A model generated the notes under the pieces. The model was not told the DNA's origin. It saw only the letters and a program-made list of their open reading frames with translations, and made no database searches. DNA of 64,000 bases from Squalus acanthias (taxonomy: Eukaryota), in NCBI GenBank assembly GCA_030390025.1, contig JASTWF010000033.1:932001-996000 (forward strand), written 5' to 3'. Of this stretch, positions 60,001-64,000 are shown in pieces. Position numbers and translations under genes: made by a program. The stretch's first letter is position 1; each line of letters starts with the position of its first letter.

Positions 60001-61892
60001 GAGGACAGGGTAATTTAGGGGAACACATTAACTTTGTAATTAGAGCTAGAGGACAGGGTAATTTAGGGTAACACGGTAACTGTAATTAGAGATGGAGGAC
60101 AGGATAATTTAGTGGAACACTGTAACTGTGTAATTAGAGATAGAGCGGAGGGTAATTTAGGGGAACACAATAACTGTGTAATTAGAGATAGAGGACAGGG
60201 TAATTTAGGGGAACACAGTAACTGTGTAATTAGAGATAGAGGACAGGGTAATTTAGGGGAACACAGTAACTGTGTAATTAGAGATAGAGGACAGGGTAAT
60301 TTAGGGGAACACAGTAACTGTGTAATTAGAGATAGAGGACAGGGTAATTTAGGGGAACACAGTAACTGTGTAATTAGAGATAGAGGACAGGGTAATTTAG
60401 GGGAACACAGTAACTGTGTAATTAGAGATAGAGGACAGGATAATTTAGGGGAACACAGTAACTGTAATTAGAGATAGAGGACAGGGTAATTTAGGGGAAC
60501 ACAGTAACTGTAATTAGAGATAGAGGACAGGTAATTTAGGGGAACACAGTAACTGTGTAATTAGAGATAGAGGACAGGGTAATTTAGGGGAACACAGTAA
60601 CTGTGTAATTAGAGATAGAGGAAAGGGTAATTTAGTGGAACACAGTAACTGTAATTAGAGATAGAGGACAGGGTAATTTAGGGGAACACAGTAACTTTGT
60701 AATTAGAGATAATGGACAGGGTAATTTAGGGGAACACAGTAACTGTAATTAGAGAAAGAGGACAGGGTAATTTAGGGGAACACATTAACTTTGTAATTAG
60801 AGCTAGAGGACAGGGTAATTTAGGGTAACACGGTAACTGTAATTAGAGATGGAGGACAGGGTAATTTAGAGGAACACTGTAACTGTGTAATTAGAGATAG
60901 AGGACAGGATAATTTCGGGGAATACAAGAACTGTAATTAGAGATAGACAGCAGGGTAATTTAGGGGCACACAGTAACTGTGTAATTAGAGATAGAGGACA
61001 GTGTAATTTAGGGGAACACAGTAACTGTGTAATTAGAGATAGAGGACAGGTTAATTTAGGGGAACACAGTAACTGTGTAATTAGAGATAGAGGACAGGTT
61101 AATTTAGGGGAACACAGTAACTGTGTAATTAGAGATAGAGGACAGGGTAATTTAGGGGAACACAGTAACTTTGTAATTAGAGATAGAGGACAGTGTAATT
61201 TAGGGGAACACAGTAACTGTGTAATTAGAGATAGAGGACAGGGTAATTTAGGGTAACACGGTAACTGTAATTAGAGATGGAGGACAGGGTAATTTAGGGG
61301 AACACTGTAACTGTGTAATTAGAGATAGAGGACAGGATAATTTAGGGGAACACAGTAACTGTGTAATTAGAGATAGAGGACAGGGTAAATTAGGAGAAAA
61401 CAGTAACTGTGTAATTAGTGATATAGGACAGGGTAATTTAGGTGAACACAGTATCTGTGTAATTAGAGATAGAGGACAGGGTAAATTAGGGGAAAACAGT
61501 AACTGTGTAATTAGTGATATAGGACAGGGTAATTTAGGTGAACACAGTATCTGTGTAATTGGAGATAGAGGACAGGGTAATTTAATGGAACACGATAACT
61601 GTAATTAGAGATATAGGACAGGGAAATTTAGGGGAACACAGTAACTGTAATTAGAGATAGATGACAAGGTCATTGAGGGGAGCACAGTAACTGTGTAATT
61701 AGAGATAGAGGGGAGGGTAATTTAGGGGAACACAATAACTGTGTAATTAGAGATAGAGGACAGGGTAATTTAGGGGAACACAGTAACTTTGTAATTAGAG
61801 ATAGAGGACAGGGTAATTTAGGGGAACACAGTAACTGTGTAATTAGAGCTAGAGGGCAGGGTAATTTAGGGGAACACGGTAACTGTAATTAG

Positions 61893-62122
61893 AACACAAG
61901 AACACAAATTGACAGGATATGCAGCCAGCAGGTGGTTTGACACGTTGGACCCCCTGGGACACATCTCATTGTCTTGGCTGTGCTCTTTGTTGTAGCGAAT
62001 AATGTGAATAGATTTTGTCTGGGTTTAAATTGTGAATTCTGGGAGATTCTCTCATTGCTAACTTACCTGACGAAGGAGCGACAGCTCCGAAAGCTTGTAA
62101 AATTAAATAAATCTGTTGGACT
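61893..62122 (+). mobile_element. PLE terminal repeat fragment (230 bp) in satellite
   Basis: Homologous to about 44840-45083 with an internal deletion. Confidence 0.92.
62063..62100 (+). ncRNA. Minimal type I hammerhead ribozyme motif
   Basis: TTAC CTGACGA A GGAGC GACA GCTCC GAAA GC TT GTAA. Confidence 0.85.
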
Positions 62123-62412
62123 GTAATTAGAGATAGAGGACAGGGTAATTTAGGGGAACACAGTAACTGTAATTAGAGATAGAAGAAGGGGTAATTTAGG
62201 GTAACACAGTAACTGTGTAATTAGAGATAGAGGACAGGGTCATTTAGGGGAACACAGTAACTTTGTAATTAGAGATAGAGGACAGGGTAATGTAGGGGAA
62301 CACAGTAACTCTAATTAGAGATAGAGGACAGGGTAATTTAGGGGAACACAGTAACTGTGTAATTAGAGCTAGAGGGCAGGGTAATTTAGGGGAACACGGT
62401 AACTGTAATTAG

Positions 62413-62642
62413 AACACAAGAACACAAATTGACAGGATATGCAGCCAGCAGGTGGTTTGACACGTTGGACCCCCTGGGACACATCTCATTGTCTTGGCTG
62501 TGCTCTTTGTTGTAGCGAATAATGTGAATAGATTTTGTCTGGGTTTAAATTGTGAATTCTGGGAGATTCTCTCATTGCTAACTTACCTGACGAAGGAGCG
62601 ACAGCTCCGAAAGCTTGTAAAATTAAATAAATCTGTTGGACT
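62413..62642 (+). mobile_element. PLE terminal repeat fragment, duplicate of 61893-62122
   Basis: Identical by eye, including both junctions; 520-bp offset. Confidence 0.92.
62583..62620 (+). ncRNA. Minimal type I hammerhead ribozyme motif
   Basis: Identical to 62063-62100. Confidence 0.85.
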
Positions 62643-64000
62643 GTAATTAGAGATAGAGGACAGGGTAATTTAGGGGAACACTGTAACTGTGTAATTAGAG
62701 AAAGAGGACAGGGTAATTTAGGGGAACACAGTAACTGTGTAATTAGAGATAGAGGACAGGGTAATTTAGGGGAACACAGTAACTGTAATTAGAGATATAG
62801 GACAGGGAAATTTAAGGGAACACAGTAACTGTAATTAGACATAGATGACAAGGTCATTGAGGGGAGCACAGTAACGGTGTAATTAGAGATAGAGGACAGA
62901 ATAATTTAGGGGAACACAGTAACTGTGTAATTAGAGATAGAGGTCAGGGTAATTTAGGGAAACACAATAACTGTGTAATTATAGATAGAGGACAGGGTCA
63001 TTTAGGGGAACACTGTAATTGTGTAATTAGAGATAGAGGGGAGGGTAATTTAGGGGAACAAAATAACTGTGTAATTGGAGATAGAGGACAAGGTAATTTA
63101 GAGGAACACAGTAACTGTGTCATTGGAGATAGAGGACAGGGCAATTTAGGGGAACACAGTAACTTTGTAATGAGAGATAGAGGACAGGATAATTTAGAGG
63201 AACACAGTAACTGTGTAATTAGAGATAGAGGGCTGGGTAATTTAGGGGAACACATTAACAGTAATTAGAGATAGAAGAAAAGATAATTTAGGGGAACACA
63301 GTAACTGTGTAGTTAGAGATAGAGGACAGGGTAATTTAGGGGAACACAGTAACTGTTTAGTTAGAGATAGAGGACAGGGTAATTTCGGGGAACACAGTAA
63401 CTTTGTAATTAGAGATAGAGGACAGGGTAATTTAGGGGAACAGAGTAACTGTAATTAGAGATACAGGACAGGGTAATTTAGGGGAATACAGTAACTGTAA
63501 TTAGAGATAGAGGACAGGCTAATTTAGGGGAACACAGTAACTGTAATTAGACATAGTGCACAGGGTAATTTAGGGGAACACAGTAACTGTGTAATTAGAG
63601 ATAGAGGACAGGGTAAATTAGGGGAAAACAGTAACTGTGTAATTAGAGATAGAGGACAGGGTAATTTAGGGGAACACAGTAACTGTAATTAGAGATAGAA
63701 GAAAGGATAATTTAGGAGAACACAGTAACTGTGTAATTAGAGATAGAGGACAGGGTAATTTAGGGGAACACAGTAACTTTGTAATTAGAGATAGAGGACA
63801 GGGTAATTTAGGGGAACACAGTAACTTTGTAATTAGAGATACAGGACAGGGTAATTTAGGGGAACACAGTAACTTTGTAATTAGAGATACAGGACAGGGT
63901 AATTTAGGGGAACACAGTAACTGTAATTAGAGATAGAGGACAGGGTAATTTAGGGGAACACAGTAACTGTAATTAGAAATAGAGGACAGGGTAATTTAGG

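Larger units (their letters stand above)
45152..64000 (+). repeat. 48/46-bp satellite block 4 (about 18.8 kb, runs off the window, interrupted by two PLE fragments)
   Basis: Hundreds of same-orientation tandem units with recurrent variant monomers. Confidence 0.99.

Noticed and set aside
45152..64000. CRISPR-like array
   Set aside because: Head-to-tail repeats with no unique spacers and no cas genes, in a eukaryotic context.
45152..64000. CACAGT(A/T) in the monomer as V(D)J recombination signal heptamers
   Set aside because: No convincing ACAAAAACC nonamer at 12 or 23 bp (best about 5/9 on the minus strand), and no V, D or J segments nearby.

Overview
Vertebrate genomic DNA, inferred to be a cartilaginous fish from its CR1/L2/SINE and minisatellite repertoire. 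Bases 1-14.5 kb hold seven 3' exons of a spliced, apparently pseudogenised gene for an EHD/sarcalumenin-like P-loop GTPase with two predicted C-terminal TM helices; its introns contain CR1, L2, SINE, MITE-like and 67-bp minisatellite repeats. A CR1-like LINE with a tRNA-derived SINE-like head follows. From about 18.5 kb to the end lies a 48/46-bp satellite array carrying fragments of a Penelope-like element (PLE) with minimal hammerhead ribozymes. The main observation is a Tx1-clade LINE family that appears sequence-specific for the PLE terminal repeat. Four insertions (two full-length, one 2.1 kb, one 23 bp) sit at the same nucleotide next to the ribozyme, each flanked by the 15-bp duplication CAACACCAGGTTATA, and an empty site is present in the window. 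Full-length copies begin with a target-mimicking leader that rebuilds the site. One Tx1 copy hosts an intact Gypsy element with identical LTRs, a YLDN RT motif and a candidate self-priming PBS. All calls were made by eye; no database search was run.
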